A stretch of 64,000 nucleotides of DNA. It comes from Asterias rubens (lineage: Eukaryota). The stretch lies in assembly GCF_902459465.1 (NCBI RefSeq), contig NC_047062.1:17236001-17300000 (forward strand), given 5' to 3'. Numbering within the stretch: position 1 is the stretch's first letter; every line of letters begins with the position of its first letter. Shown one piece after another: positions 32,298 through 46,600 of the stretch. Both the position numbers and the translations under genes were made by a program. Below the pieces are notes generated by a model that worked only from the letters and a program-made list of their open reading frames with translations, did no database searches and was not told where the DNA came from.

Positions 32298-35200
32298 ATG
32301 ATGTCATTCTCTTCGGGCAACGCAAGACTGTTGAAAGCCTGCTTATGCCATAGACTCAGTCAGTCACAAAGTAACGTTTCCTGTTCTGCTAGGACTGAAA
32401 TCCTGCGGTCACATTTAAGAAAATGTGCAGTCCCAGTTGTTGTTTTATCGCAAAGAAACTACTCAACACTAAAATGTGACAATCTTCACAACAACACTCT
32501 AAGTTTATGCAAAGTTAAAGTTTGCCAACACGCAAAGACTTCTTCCAGCCCATCTGTGCCAAAGGTCTCTCACCATAGTACCTTCTGTAGCTCATTGAAG
32601 GACCAAGACAAACTGAAATGTCGTCCCGAACTATCAGAGAGACGTTTCTATGGTGTAAGGTGGACGAGTAGTCAATCTGCTCTCGCCCTGCCTCCAGCTG
32701 AGAGCTTGGAGAAAATGAAAGACAGATATAAGTGTCTTGGGAGAAAGAAGATTCGGTTTGTACTTCATCCTGATCTTGCGGAGCTGATGGTTGATAAGGT
32801 GTTCCCTGATGGAAGCCTGGAAGAGGAGAAGGCCCTGATTATTGAGACCAGTCCGGGTGAGTGTCTACAAACAGGCCTGGAATTTCATGTTTGAAAGGGC
32901 AAGTCCATTCTCATTTTACGAAGGGCTCTTCCACTGAAAAATCTGGCTCTTCCACAGGAAAATCTTAAAGTCAATGGGAAACATTTTAAGGTGCACCAAT
33001 GCCTAGACCAGAGACCTCGGAGGCCATGACCTCTGTTGCCCCTGGTATAGGGCTTGGTGCCCCATTACAAGTTTCCCATCGACTTTAAGATTTTTCAGTG
33101 GAAGAGCCCTTGGCAAAATGAAAATGGCTTTGCCCTTTCAAAAGGGGTCGATTTCAAAAAAAATTACACACAACTGCGCAAGTCCACTTGTGAAAGGAGT
33201 TCTTGTGTTATTGGTGCACACTTTAAAATACAATAAATGTTGCGCAAGCAGACTTACAAAGTTGTGTAATTTTTTGTGAAATTGGCAGCTAGAGTTTCAT
33301 CTTTGATTGTGAGGCTATTTTCAATTTGCAAAGAGCACTTCCATTGAAAATTCTTATTTAATTCAATGGGAAAGTTTGAAAGAGGTGCCAAGACCAGGGA
33401 CAAAAGGGAGTTCATGGCCTCTTTGTATTCCAAAGGAAGTTTAAAGACTGCAGTTTGAGTTATTCTTTTTTTATAAGGCCCTTATATGTGCAATCTGGAG
33501 CATCTTATGGTTTTTCTCTTGATGTTTTATGCGAAAAAATAAACAAATACAGAGACTTGATTTTATGTAACCCTCTGTTAATCCAATATTTTTCTTCTCC
33601 CCTTTCAGGACCAGGCATTCTAACGAGGCAGCTCCTAAACTCTGGTGCCCAGAGACTGTTAGCAATGGAGCGTGAGAAGGTCTTCTTACCTACTCTAGGG
33701 AAAGTAGCCTCTCTATCCGATGGTAGACTTAAACCAATGCATGCTGACTTCTTCTCAATGCATTACCACGGTACCAGTGTCATCAAGCCACCGATTGTTC
33801 GAACTCCTCAGGTCTTTGAGGGAATTGAACCAGTACCATGGGAAGCAGGTACCCCCATTTTTTATTTTTCATATATTTTTTGTACCCTCTTTATGAATGA
33901 TACATTAGTTAAATTATGTGGAACAGAAATAAGGTTTACCTTTTAATGATTGTGCATTCGATGAAAGGCTCAAGTTCCTTGATAATTAGCTGTCATAGCT
34001 CTCTATTGGCCCAGTTCATTCTGAGCAAAATTTCATGGCTTACCGTACCCCGTTAGCAAAGAAGCGGTGTATATAGAAGCAGGGAATTCCGCGCTTATGT
34101 CAAGCGTATTTAACAAATTGGCAGAGACCTCTTTTTCTGATTTGCTTGGGTACTTCACGTTACTGGGCATTCTTCTCTTGAACAGCTTTTGCAGAAATTT
34201 CGGCACTTGCCCTGTATGTGAAGATTGTTGATTGCAAATGCAGAAATCGGCAGGAGGCAGAGTCATGAGATTGGCCATGATGCCACCACATGATCATTCT
34301 TGCCCGGCCACTTGGACACTCAGATTCCCTGTGTGTTACTGTACAGTGTTCATTCTAGGCAAAGCCTGTGACGTAAGCCACAAACAATATTTGTAACTAC
34401 ATTCCAAAACGGAATACCATCGGAAGACAGTAGTCAAATATGACATCAGTGCAAGGGATCAATAGCCAGTATTTCTTTTATTTCAAATGTTCTTATATTT
34501 CCAGACATACCCATCAAAGTCATTGGCAGCATACCTTACAAGAAAGAAAGGACCCACGCTTACATCATTACGAGCCAGTTGTTGGAGAGATTGGCCTCAT
34601 TCAAGTATGGTCGAGTTGAATTCAACATCTTCATGTCGGAGGCTTGTTACGATGTGAGTACAGATACAATACTTAGACTGTCCAGACATTTGGGGGGGGG
34701 GGGAAGGGCAGCAAGAAATTTGTTTAAAATTGTTGAAATATTTCCATTGGTGTGGAGTGTTGTGGTCGATCGGCAAGCTTACTCGAGTTCTGTTGCCAGA
34801 GGGTGGATTTGTGTCCTTGAGCAAGAAAGACACTCTTGTCCTTGAACAAGGCACTTATGTCTTTGACAAGAACCAAATTTAATTATAGTATTATTTTATT
34901 CAGTAACAAACCGCAAAGGAAACTGACTGTGCTGCTGCCTCCCAGGTTGTATCATAAACAACTGGCTACGCAGCAGTTACAGGTTGAATAGCTGGCACCC
35001 TCGAACAAAGATGTTGACCAAAAAGAGAAACTGCTTAACATCAGGGCTAGATAGCGTAGTTGAAAGAGCGCCGGTACGCTAATCTAGAGGTCACAGATTC
35101 AAGTCCTGCTCTAGTCTTTTTTTCTTTATTCGACTGAAAATTATACTAATTATTATTCTAATACAGGTTTGTTTCTGTAGTGTTATATATAACTTTTGTT

Positions 35201-38084
35201 TTCTACCAAATTCTAAACAACTGATTTACGGTTTATTTTCTTAACTAAGGTGATGTCTCAACCAGCAGGAAACATGTTCAAGTATCGAGCCCTGTCGGCA
35301 TTGATGCAGCTCAGCTGTTATATTCAACTTCTACACAAGGTTAGTGTTTAGTTTATCAGATCTTTGCTATTCAGGCCCTGTGACTGGATTGCTTTGCATG
35401 TACATTGACATTCTTTTGGAGATGGTTGCATGAAATCTTTACAAATAGTCTGTGCAAATCTTGTGCGTATTTGAGCTTCTGGGACCAAGTTATTTTGAGT
35501 TTTACGTGGGCGCGATTGTTTTTTTTTTTTTTTTTTTAATACTTTAGTTTTTATAATGTAGTTTATTAGTTTATGGCTATAAAAGTTAAATTACATTGCT
35601 GGAATAGTAAAAATGTGCAGTGAAATACATGAACAAAATAAAAAATTATCAAATCAAAGAAGAAAACCAGAGAATAAGACCATTTCTAGGAAATATGGCC
35701 AACAGTATAACTGGCCGACTGGACAACCAAAACTTGTGAACTTCTTTTCAAAGTCCTTAATATTTGTTTGTTTTCATTGATTTGTAGGAGCCACTCACTT
35801 CTTTCAATCCATATTTTAGCGGAGAACAAAATAATTCCACTTCAAATGTAAGTATCTTTTGTTTCCCTGTTGAAACCAAAGTTTGCCTGTTTTAAAACAT
35901 TATGAGTTTATGTAAACTGAACAAAACAATGGGATCTTGTTCATAAAATGTTTTCTTTAAATCTTGTGTGATGTTTGTAACTGTTCAAGTTTTGCATTGT
36001 GGAGATTTGTCTTTTTCAGATTCTAGTAGTATTGCTTTGTTCTCACACTAGACCTTGCGAGTCTTTGCAAGTCTAGTTTTGCATTGAATATATCAAATTG
36101 TCTATTTTACATTCTACTGTTTTTGCCTGTTTGTTTCTCTCTCTCTTGCTTGACTGTACAATTCCATTTTTGTGTTGCAATGAGGATTGACTGCTGGAAT
36201 AGCACCTTTATGTATAACGATTAATTGATTCATCGCCCCATTCATTCATTTATTTATTTATTACCAATTCATTCTGTTAATAATTGCCATTTTTTCAAAA
36301 TAGACTATTCAAGTCTAGCATTCAAGTGAGCATTGAATGTTTGTTTAGCGTCTTTTGTATTTAATGATTGATTGATTTCAGATTCGACTAACATTGCCTT
36401 TTTTCTCACTTCAGTCTCTAAAACTAAAAGTTTCACACAAATATAAATCTTGGCCGTGTTAAAGTAAATTTTGAACACATCATTAAAGAAATTGCTAAGG
36501 AGTTCATTGATGATTTAACAACAATTTAAGAGTGAAAAATAAAGGTTTTTGGTCACAGAAGCAAGTCAAGAGATGGATTAAAATGGTCATTTATGTAAGA
36601 CATTTATTGTGTTGAATGTATTTTTACTTGTAAACTTTAATCTCATTATTAAAAAATTAGTGAATATTTTAAAAATATTTATCAGAAACTTCTTCAGGCT
36701 TATTATAACTTTTAACTGGTGTCTTGTATAATAAGAGAAGGGGTTCTCCCCGGTGTTCCTGGCTGTGGCTGCTGAATGCACCGGAGCACCTTGTAAACCC
36801 TTAAAAAGGTGCTACATAATCGGGTCTCGGATTTCATCACTTCAATAACCTATCTTCCTGTCAAAATGTATATACTAAGCGCCTTGAGTACCTTGTTTGG
36901 TAGATACGTGTGCTAAGTAAGACTTATAGTATTATTATCTTATTATTTACTCTGTAATAGACGGCCATCTTGTTTGAAACCCTGTCTCTAATAATGGTTT
37001 TGACCTCATTCTCCAGACAAAGGACCAGACTCTTTGCCTAGTAAGGATCACTCCTAAGCGTGATCTGTTCATCAACCATCATCTGTCTCAGCAGCAGGCG
37101 TTTATCTTCGTCTACTTTGTCCGACAGTTACTTGTCAAGAGGAAACAACACCTTGCCAAGATAATAGAGTGAGTTTTCTTCCTCACTGTCTTGTGGGTTT
37201 CACTTAATAATAAGTTTTGTATATATTTCTTTATGTAAGGGCATCTCCAAGCGCTTTATAATATCATTATTTAATTCTTGCATTTTTTATATTTTCTTAA
37301 ATTCTTTGCATTATTAAATTCTAACATCGTAAAATGATTTAAACCAACTACTACCAATTTATCCAAAATTCCCAAAAAGAATTCAAGATTTTGATGCATT
37401 TCAATCCCTAGCATGCCGAGGTTTGGGTATTGTGTTGTCATAGGTACCCTAGCCAGTGCCCTGTCATTTATTTGTAAAATTAAGTTTTTGTTTTTAAGTT
37501 CTTGAACAAATTATGGCAGTCAAGTCACACACAAGTTCAAAGCTTACTTCTCATTTCTTACTTTTGGTTACAACTTGGAACGTTCAAAAGGATCACTTTG
37601 AGGTCACATAGATGGTGTAGCCAATAAGAATAGGGTCGATTTGACACCTGCCCTGCCAGCAACACTCAGTCCCAAAATTTGGCTGATTTAATCTGCCCGG
37701 GGAATTGCACAGTGTATCTTTTCTGGGTAGCAAGATTCATGCCGAAATGTGAAGGGATAATCGTCACAAGAAACAGTTAAGTGTAAAAGATGTTTGATTT
37801 TCAAATCTTCTATATTGTCGGGTTTCTTTTGCTTGTTCGACACATTCAGATCTTGGGCTCCAGGCCATGCAGATATTATCCACCAGTTTGGCTACACTGA
37901 TAAGACGCGGACGGGCGACGTTCAGCCGTCCGACCTTCTAAGAATCTACACCTCGATCTGTCAGTTAGAGAGCTTCAACGGTTCCTGGATGGGAGAAGAC
38001 GTGATTGAGTACGCCTCCAGGGCACTAGAACTTGACGAGGAAGACATCATCGAAAATATTATGAGTCAGGGCATCCAGAACTAA
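32298..38084 (+). CDS. TFB2M: Mitochondrial transcription factor B2 / dimethyladenosine transferase 2 (494 aa predicted)
   Basis: Exons 32298-32856, 33609-33848, 34505-34653, 35250-35339, 35788-35847, 37017-37168 and 37850-38084 join in frame. Basic presequence-like N-terminus, KsgA-family SAM motif IIETSPGPGILT, and PWEADIPIKVIG / YGRVEFNIF motifs that resemble TFB2M. The TFB1M/KsgA QNFL motif is absent. Confidence 0.82.
32870..33150. mobile_element. MITE-like repeat with internal inverted halves (intronic)
   Basis: caggcctggaatt... with aagggctcttccactgaaaaat / atttttcagtggaagagccctt. Relatives at about 33320-33440, 42560-42700, 44060-44170 and 47470-47560. Confidence 0.6.
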
Positions 38085-40611
38085 GGGCCAGAGTCACAGG
38101 TAGGCATTATTGTTGTATACGGACTTGCAGTATTTATATGTATAGACCCTTTCACAATGCGTAGTGCACATACACGCGCGTCTTCTGTTTGCCATTTTGT
38201 GTGTCAAAATGTGCACAAAATGATGGTACACTGGTTTACGCAGCTCCAAACAATGCGCGTTGTGAACAGGGTATATTGGCCCATTCAGAGCTAATAATTG
38301 TAGTCACATGTATTCTTAAGTGTTTTATATTGATTTGTGCTATTTTTCTTTATAACTCACTGAGATGAGCATTGTTTACGTTAAATTGGTTTACTCATTT
38401 CTCAAAAACTACAGCACCTCAAAATAAGTAATATTTTGAGAGAAGCTTTCTACCCAAACCCTTAACAGACACTCACATTGCGTACAGATGTGCACTATTG
38501 ATATTGACCAGGCAATGGGTATTATATTGCCTGGGTGGCGTTAGTCATTAGCATCTAGTGGTCCTTCCGTAGAGTTTAAGATTGTTAGTTGTATTTTGCC
38601 CCCCCCCCTCCCCACCCCCATTAGAACATTCATAATAAATTCCAGAAAACACACATGATCACATTTTTAAACTTTTATTTTGAAAAGCAGCACACACATT
38701 ATTGGTAGCTTATATCGAACAATAACACCGTATTATACTTTACTGGCAAATATAAACATTGCAAAGTTAATGGGAAATTGCAAAGGGTAAGGTGAGGTTT
38801 GTTTTACATTACAGTATTGCAGTGAAAAAGGTGCTCAAAATATTTCCATAAATTTAATCTGAAAGTCAATACTGATACCTAACATTGTACAAATTTAACA
38901 GTTCATATCAATTAGAGTAAACCATTAACTAAGAATCTACTTCGAAATAAATAAATTGATTAACTATTTATATCAAATTACAAACGATATCATTGGAAGG
39001 AATTGGTTTGAATTACTTTAAACAATGAATTCTTAACGGGAAGTCTCTACGATATTCCATAACAACAGCCCGATATTTGACGCTTGGTCGAGGTAAAGTG
39101 TGGTTTATCATTAATTTTACTCAAACACATCTTCTAACATTTGGAAGTTGACTAAAGACCCACCCCTCTCCCTCCAGAGCTATGCCCTTCGGCGAGAATA
39201 AAACAACAGGGTAATTAAGGCAATGGCAAATAATGGCTCAATTACCCTTGTTCCTTAAAGGTGTAAACGGTAAACATTCAGGATTTTTTATGAAACAGCG
39301 TGGGGCTTTTCTCAAAGAAAAGGGGCAGAGAAAATCTCAACTTACATACATATTAATTATGACAGACCAATTTCAGTACTTTACTTTAAACTATGTCATC
39401 ATGTTTGTGGAGGGGTCTCCACTGTACAAGTTTGCTGTTTAGGAGTATCAAAATCTTTACATTTTCCAGCTTTCAACATTGTGTTTTTTTTTAACTGTCA
39501 GGGAGAGATATATTATTTACTACTATAATTATTATAATTGTTATAATTTTTTTTTTACATTGCACTTGTAGTCAAAGGCAAGATCAAGATAATGCATACA
39601 TGAAGATAACAATAGAGAAAATACAGAGAATTACTAAATATAAATATATAAACTGGACTGAGGTGTCAATGCTTCCACCCCTCAAGTTAGTATTATTAAG
39701 TTACTTACACAATATAAAGCTATAACCTTTAAAGTTACTCGTTAATTATGGATAAACTCGTTGAATTACTTATTGATAAATCGGCAGTAAAATACCATTA
39801 TCGGACATAGGAAAATATACTTAATTAAATAGAAAAAACATGTCACACACGGGGGTTTCATCGGCACTAGAATTTCACACACAGGGTCCATTACTGCCGG
39901 ATTTGAAGATTCATTTCATGGCACATTATTTGACGTTTTTACCTCACAATAAGTGTTGGTTGAGTGTGAATGGGCCTTTCATTTGGAACAGAACATTGAA
40001 AAAAATAGAGAAAATAATAGTCTTATGATAATCATCTTCTACTGAATAATCTTACAACAGAAAACCAACTTTTTTTGTATGCCCTAAATTTTTCCTTTGA
40101 GAAATAATTCTCATTATAAATATGAAACAAATTCTTGTGTAGCACACATGCGCTTGTAACTAACAATCTAGCTAAATTTGAAAACTTCAAAAAATTTAAC
40201 CACTATTGTAAGTTGTAACTTGAAACTTGAGTGAAATTGTATACAGTTCACTTCAAATCATCACCATTTGTATCAATTGTTTCATGAGATTTGAATATAC
40301 CCCGCCTACTTTGTGAAAAATCAACAATAAATAGTTGTTAATGCAATAATAAATAATTAATTTTTAGAATGAATAAATAATTAACTGTTACTCTACTAGA
40401 ACAATAAATAAATATTAAATATTGCGGTAAACATTTCAAATACAAAAATAAATAGTGCGTACAAAATTATTGGATATACTTAGTGCAAGAAAAACTTACT
40501 ATTTATTATTCAGTGTAATACACTTACAATGGGGAAAACAAATTTACTGATAGCTAATGTAGCATACATGTTTTATTTTGTTTTTTGGTCTGTTTCGGTT
40601 CTGCCTCACTC

Positions 40612-43600
40612 TCAGAGTTTCTTGGTAGAACTGGCTGGAACCATCACTCTGAAAATTAATGTAAATATTGAAGGTTAGAACATGTCGGCAAACGAATCAT
40701 TGTGGTTTCAGCTCCTAAACTATGGGTTTGGAAGCGTACCTGGCACCAGGCCTCTAGGTACCAGGCAAGCTCGGTGGTCTAGTGTTTAGACATCTGCTCT
40801 AGCGTGATATTGGGTTCGAATCCCACCCGAAAAATAAGCCTTTGGAATGTTTTTTCAATAGTAATTCTCTCCCCGTCCCCCAACCGATTGGAACGCAGAA
40901 GACCATGCAATGAAAGCCAACATTGAAAGGGGGGGCACAGGGGCCCAACGAGATATGGCCGGGATAATAGCTGAATGCTAGAAATAAATCAACTGGAATA
41001 AGGCAGAGTGTTTGTGTTTTTTAGAACTGTTCGCATACCTTACTCCTCTGGTGTCATTCCGGATGTTTCTGTTTCATCCTCCATGAAGGGTTCATACGTC
41101 GGTGCCGTCTCGCATGAGTCCAAGAAACGATTCCACTTCTCTCCCGGTTTGCAGCATGTGTTGAACGAGTCCGGAGTCAACCACGTCTTGGCCAGGATCC
41201 TCTCGTTACAGCATACTTCCTCTGAGGAATCGTAAGCCGTCTGGTTACAGCAACGCCCGTAGGCTACACCGACCGTCACGGCGCTCCAAATCACAGCGGT
41301 ACCGTTGTTACTAGATGAGATGCCCTGGCAGCAAGTTGCATTCTCTGGTCTGTACAGAAGGCTTTGGCAGCATTGATAGTCATCCGTTACGTTTTCTTGG
41401 GCTCTGAGAACGTTGCATTCTTCTTCAGATATTTCTGGGTACTCTGTGCTGTCGGGAACAGTGCTTGTCTCATATGAAGAGATTGTGGTCACTCTTGTCG
41501 TTGATAGCTCATCAGGCTGCTCTGCGATTCTGGGAATGACTGTTTCAGATTCGCCGCAGTACTCTGAGCTGAGATTGTAGAGCTGGTCACCACAGCAACC
41601 ATGTTGAAGCCGATCGTAGATGACTCCTCCGCACAGTGGCCTCAGGGTTGCGTTTACAGTTGGCTGGGTACCATCACTGATCTCAGAATCCTGGTCAGCC
41701 GATGGAGAAACTATTTCATCACAATATTCAGTGGTGCGGTTGAACACAATCACTCCACAACATCCGTGAGTGGAGGGATTGTAGGCGATGCCATCACAGA
41801 TTCCCCCGATCAGTCCGCCCATGCAGGTCTCATTGGTTAGCTTGTATAGAGTACCATGACAGCAGCCCTGAGTGTTGGGATCGTAAGCCAGACCATTACA
41901 CACCACCCCTGTTGTCTTGGTAGCATCTCTCGGCATCATACGCTCCAGATGAGGTGTCCTCCCGTCAGCATTCGTGGTCGTTTCGATGCCCAGCTCCATG
42001 GCGTCTGTTCCGTTTCCGGCAACCCTTTGGGCGTGCTCCGTCTGCCTGGCATAAATCCTATGAGTCGTGTCTTCAAGACCTCTAGTTTGGATATCTGCGT
42101 CTTGAAGACCCCTAGTTTGGATGTCTGTGTCTGGGCATTGTTGTTCTCCCTTGTTGATGACGACACCGTTGCAGCATTCTTGCCATTTGGATTGGCGTGA
42201 GACGGAAGCATTTCCACAGCAGATGACACGACGGGCGTCACGTATGATGTTATTGCAGCATATTGTGTGGTCTCCATAGTCTCTTGCCTGAAGAGGAGAA
42301 GAACAAAAAATCATACTGAAACATTGCCCCTTACTTCCTTGGTTCACTTGCCTACAGGTGACCTCGATCCTGTAATATTCTCCTGTGTCACTCCACACCA
42401 TTATGTTTGGACTTGGATAAGATTGGAATGCCTGACTCAGCGATGAGCAATTCTTGGTTGGGCCTACAACCCTAAGTCCTTTCAGAATCAATTTGATGCA
42501 TCCTTTTAAGAATGATCCATCAGAGTTGTAAACAATGTGTTTCATCAGTGTATAATGCAGGCCAGGAATATGTAGACCAGGCTTTGCATTTTGCAAAGGG
42601 CACTTCCATTGGAAAATCTTAAAGTCAAGGGGAAACTTTTGAAGGGGCACCAAGGCCAAGACCAGGGGCAACTGAGGCCATGGCGTGCATGTATTTCGAG
42701 GCATGTAGTGTTTTGGGCAGAATCAAATGCTAGTATCAGTTTCTACATACCTGAATTCTACCATTGCAGCAAATCTCCTGTGACGGGTCCCTCACAACCC
42801 CTTGCCCGCAGCACTCCCCATCGGTAATAAACTTATGCAGCATTCCCTGGCAGCAGGTGTGGAGCGTCTCATCGTAGCCATCGCTCCCTCCGCAGCAGGA
42901 TTGTCCACTGGTCCTCAGTAGGGCAAACTGATGCCCGGCCGTACTACAGCACTGACGCTCGGTTGTGTCAATAGCCTGGTTACCACAGCACTGTAGCGTG
43001 GGGGCGTCGGTGTACAGGGAGTCGCCACAGCAGAGTGGCGAGGGTTGAGATGCTGGGTCGTAAGCCACCCTACCACAGCAGTGAGTTCCATGATCAACCT
43101 TGGAATACCTGCCAGTAAACAAAGTAAACGCTCATAAATAAATAAACTCCAGTAGAAACAAATTATTTCTGAGCTTTAAAAAAAAATTATGTTTTAGTAA
43201 GGGTTGTTACTTTTGATGGTACATGATTATCGTTTAAGCGAAATGTTGAGGCTGTTTTTCAAAATTACACAGATACCTGTGGTGCACTAGTGTATCCAAG
43301 AAGATCGGATTTTGCATTGGAACTGTGAGTTGGATGAGTGCTTTGGTTTTACTTTGTTTCTGATCTACATTAGCCTTTTTGAGATATGGCGGACACTAAA
43401 GGAGTGCACTGTTTGGTTTGGGTGTATACATGCAATTTTATCTGTCCTAGCATTGTGTGCATTACGAAGGTATTTCAGACTTACATGTGGCCGTCGCAGC
43501 ATATCGTGGTATCGTTTATGATGGACCTTCCACAGCAGTCTCCGTTAGCTACACCATACAGCACTCCATTGCAAACTGTCTCTATTGGACTGTGTGCAAC

Positions 43601-46600
43601 CCCATCAGTGCACAGGGTTTGTCTACTATCGGAGGAGTAAAGTTTGTCATCGCAGCAGGTCTCTGCGCCGTCGAGCAGGTCAAAGGGTCGGTTTCCACAG
43701 CACTCCATGTCTGTATGATAAGAAATGTCAGGGTTAAGAATGGATTGTATTGTAACAGACATTGGAAATGAAAACTAGATGAAGGAGAATCTAGTATACT
43801 TCAAAATTGTAATCAATGAAATGAAGGATGTTTTTATATGTAAATGGAAAGTCAAATAAGCCAGAAGTGGTTGTGTGATCCCTGGCTGTTTAAGTTTGAA
43901 TGGCTTCTGACTGGCACCCCCGAACAGAGGTATTGACAAATAGGGACACCGCCAACTTTAGGGCTTGATGACTCAGTTGACAGAGTGCTTTCATGTTAAT
44001 GCAGAAGTCGCAGGTTCAAATCCCATTCTTGAGAACTTTTCTTTGTTCAGCCCAAACATTCACATGCCTGTAAAGGGCACCGTATGAGGACATTATCAAT
44101 TTCTACTCGAACATTTCAAGGGCACCAAGGCATGGAGGCAATCCCCTTCATTGTCTCCGTAAAGTATCAGGCCTGCTTTCATTATGTATGACCCTAAAAC
44201 CTGCTCAGAAACAATAAACTAACCTGTTCCATTTGTCATAAACAGTCTCCCATTACAACAGATTTCCTCGGCCGGGTTGTATCCTCCCTCGTCCCTGCAG
44301 CATCTACCACTGCCGATAGTCGTACCCGGTGTTGCGTAAACCTGTCCGCTGCAACACGTCTGGCCGGGACCGATCAGGGTCTCGCCGCAACACTCGTTGT
44401 CTCGTGGGTTGTATGGAATCCATAGACTGGGATCGGAGCCAGTGCTGCAGAGATCTGGGTAGTTATCGATGTCACAACGGCGTCGCACCACACTGTTTCG
44501 ATAGCATGAACTGGTGTTGACGTTGTAGGCACGATTCCTACACAACCTGGACATATACATGAAAAAAATGATGCACTATGTTACATGTCATATCACCTGT
44601 GGTGTAAATAGTCTCAGGTTATTTATCTGTTTTACATAATTAGGATGTAAGACAAATTGTCTCTAGTTGTCAGCGTGCTTTACCTATACTATCTTCACAT
44701 TAACAACCTTAGTACTATTGGTATACTTCCCCTGCCCAAATGGCTCTTGCCACAGCATTCCACAGAAGACTGTGGAGACTGAGTCAACAGTACACACGCC
44801 ATTGGGTTTACTGATAGTATCAGCTTTACAGACAGAAACTCATGTGACCAATGCTAGCCTGGAAGGTTAAGGGACTTCACATGATCTTTCCGTCAAGGGA
44901 ACTCGGCAAACTCCCACAAGGAGATATAAACACCAAGCTGGCAACAGCCAATCTCTCTCATACAAACAATGGTTTAACGCCTATGATTATGAGTGATGCA
45001 TAACGATCAAGAACTTGTGATTCAGTAACTAGACGACAACACTTATTCTAGTCATTGTGAAATCAGCGTAAGCTTGGTGGAATCGAGCCCACAACCTTGT
45101 AGTTGCAAGTCCTGCAGTCTAAGCACTGGTCCACAGTGATCAGTGACAATCAGTTTACTACTACTTTATATGCTGGCTCTTAAAACATAGAAGTATGAGG
45201 GCATAGATATTAAGTTGGCATGATCATCAATCTTGATATTTACAAAGTATTCCTGATTCTTACCCAGCAACATTCTGTGGTATGTTTTCAACTCTGTTAC
45301 CGAAGCAACACTGTAGACTCGGTGCGTAAACAAAGACGCTGTTGCCGCAGCATTCTCTTGGATTTCCGTACTGGTCGTTGACGGAGAAGATTCGGCCACC
45401 GCAACACAGTTCTGAGGCGGGGTTAAACAGTTTCTGACCGCAGATTTGTTCGCCGGGCAATCTCACCAGTACATTGCCATTGGTGGTACATACCTAGACA
45501 AAAAAATCAAATAAAATATTCTTGTTAAAATTAATAATAGATAAAAACAATTAAATCAAGTAGTATGGTTTGTGTTTTTTTTTTCTTTCTCAAGGTGGAG
45601 GTACAAGGAAATGTAAGGTTTCCAGTCAAAACACCATACCTGGAAAATCGCATTTTGGATTGTGGTGGTTTTAAACAGAGTCGTTGAGTCGTTTAGCTCC
45701 TGTAATTATTTTAAAATCATGTGCTTTTGGTATGAGGTTTTTGGACAAGGTGGAGAGTTGGGGTTAAAGCGGTGGTGTAAAAAACGTATACACACATCGC
45801 TGTATGGAATTAGAACTGATTGAATCAAGTACTCACATGAGTTTCCTGGTTGTATGTTTGTATCGCTCCTCCTTGTCGTGGGCGTCCAGTGCGTAGCCTT
45901 GTTGATCTACAGACGGCATTGTCCTCATCGTGCTCCTTGGTGATTGGCTGACGTCGGGCCCTGTCACACAACTGGTTATCCTGTAGCAGTGATTCGGCAC
46001 AACATTTCATGCTGCTGTTTGGTTCTGGATAGACACCAACTGAAGGAATAAAAAAAAGAATAATAGATCAATCAGGAGAGATGTTTAGTTGTCACATTCA
46101 TTGAATGGCGCCGTGAGATTGTACACCACTTGGAATGAGGTTAAAACATACCATCTCTTCTTCCACGACAACAAGTCTGAGTCAGAGGATTATATACATC
46201 TACTGTGGTGAATCGGGTGGAGTAGCAGCAAGACAGATTCAGGCCCGTGAAGCTTTGACCAACGTGGTGACAGCAGGTTTCTTGGAGAGTGTCGTAGCTG
46301 GTGTTCCCACAGCACTGGAGGGACGGGGTTGATCGTGGTATGGTGGTGTTACCGCAGCACAGCTCAGAGGTTGTGTTGTACAGCTCTGGAATATTAAAAC
46401 AAAAAGAACATTAAGCTGTAGTTCCTGTGTACTAAGACTGGTAGTGCACGGAAAAGAACAGTTGGGTGGATTTCACAAAGAGTTAAGACTAGTCCTATCT
46501 TGAAAAGGGACGAGTGACTCGGACTAGCCTTAAGATTTTAATAACTCCAACTAGTCCTAAGTTAGGACTATCTTTAGGAAATCGATCTCAGAACACTTAT

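Noticed and set aside
42288-42704. N-terminal 139 codons of the 554-aa ORF 41040-42704, including a signal-peptide-like LPLVLALV
   Set aside because: This lies in intron 12 (strong acceptor at 42288) and is partly derived from a MITE-like repeat. The real frame comes from upstream exons.
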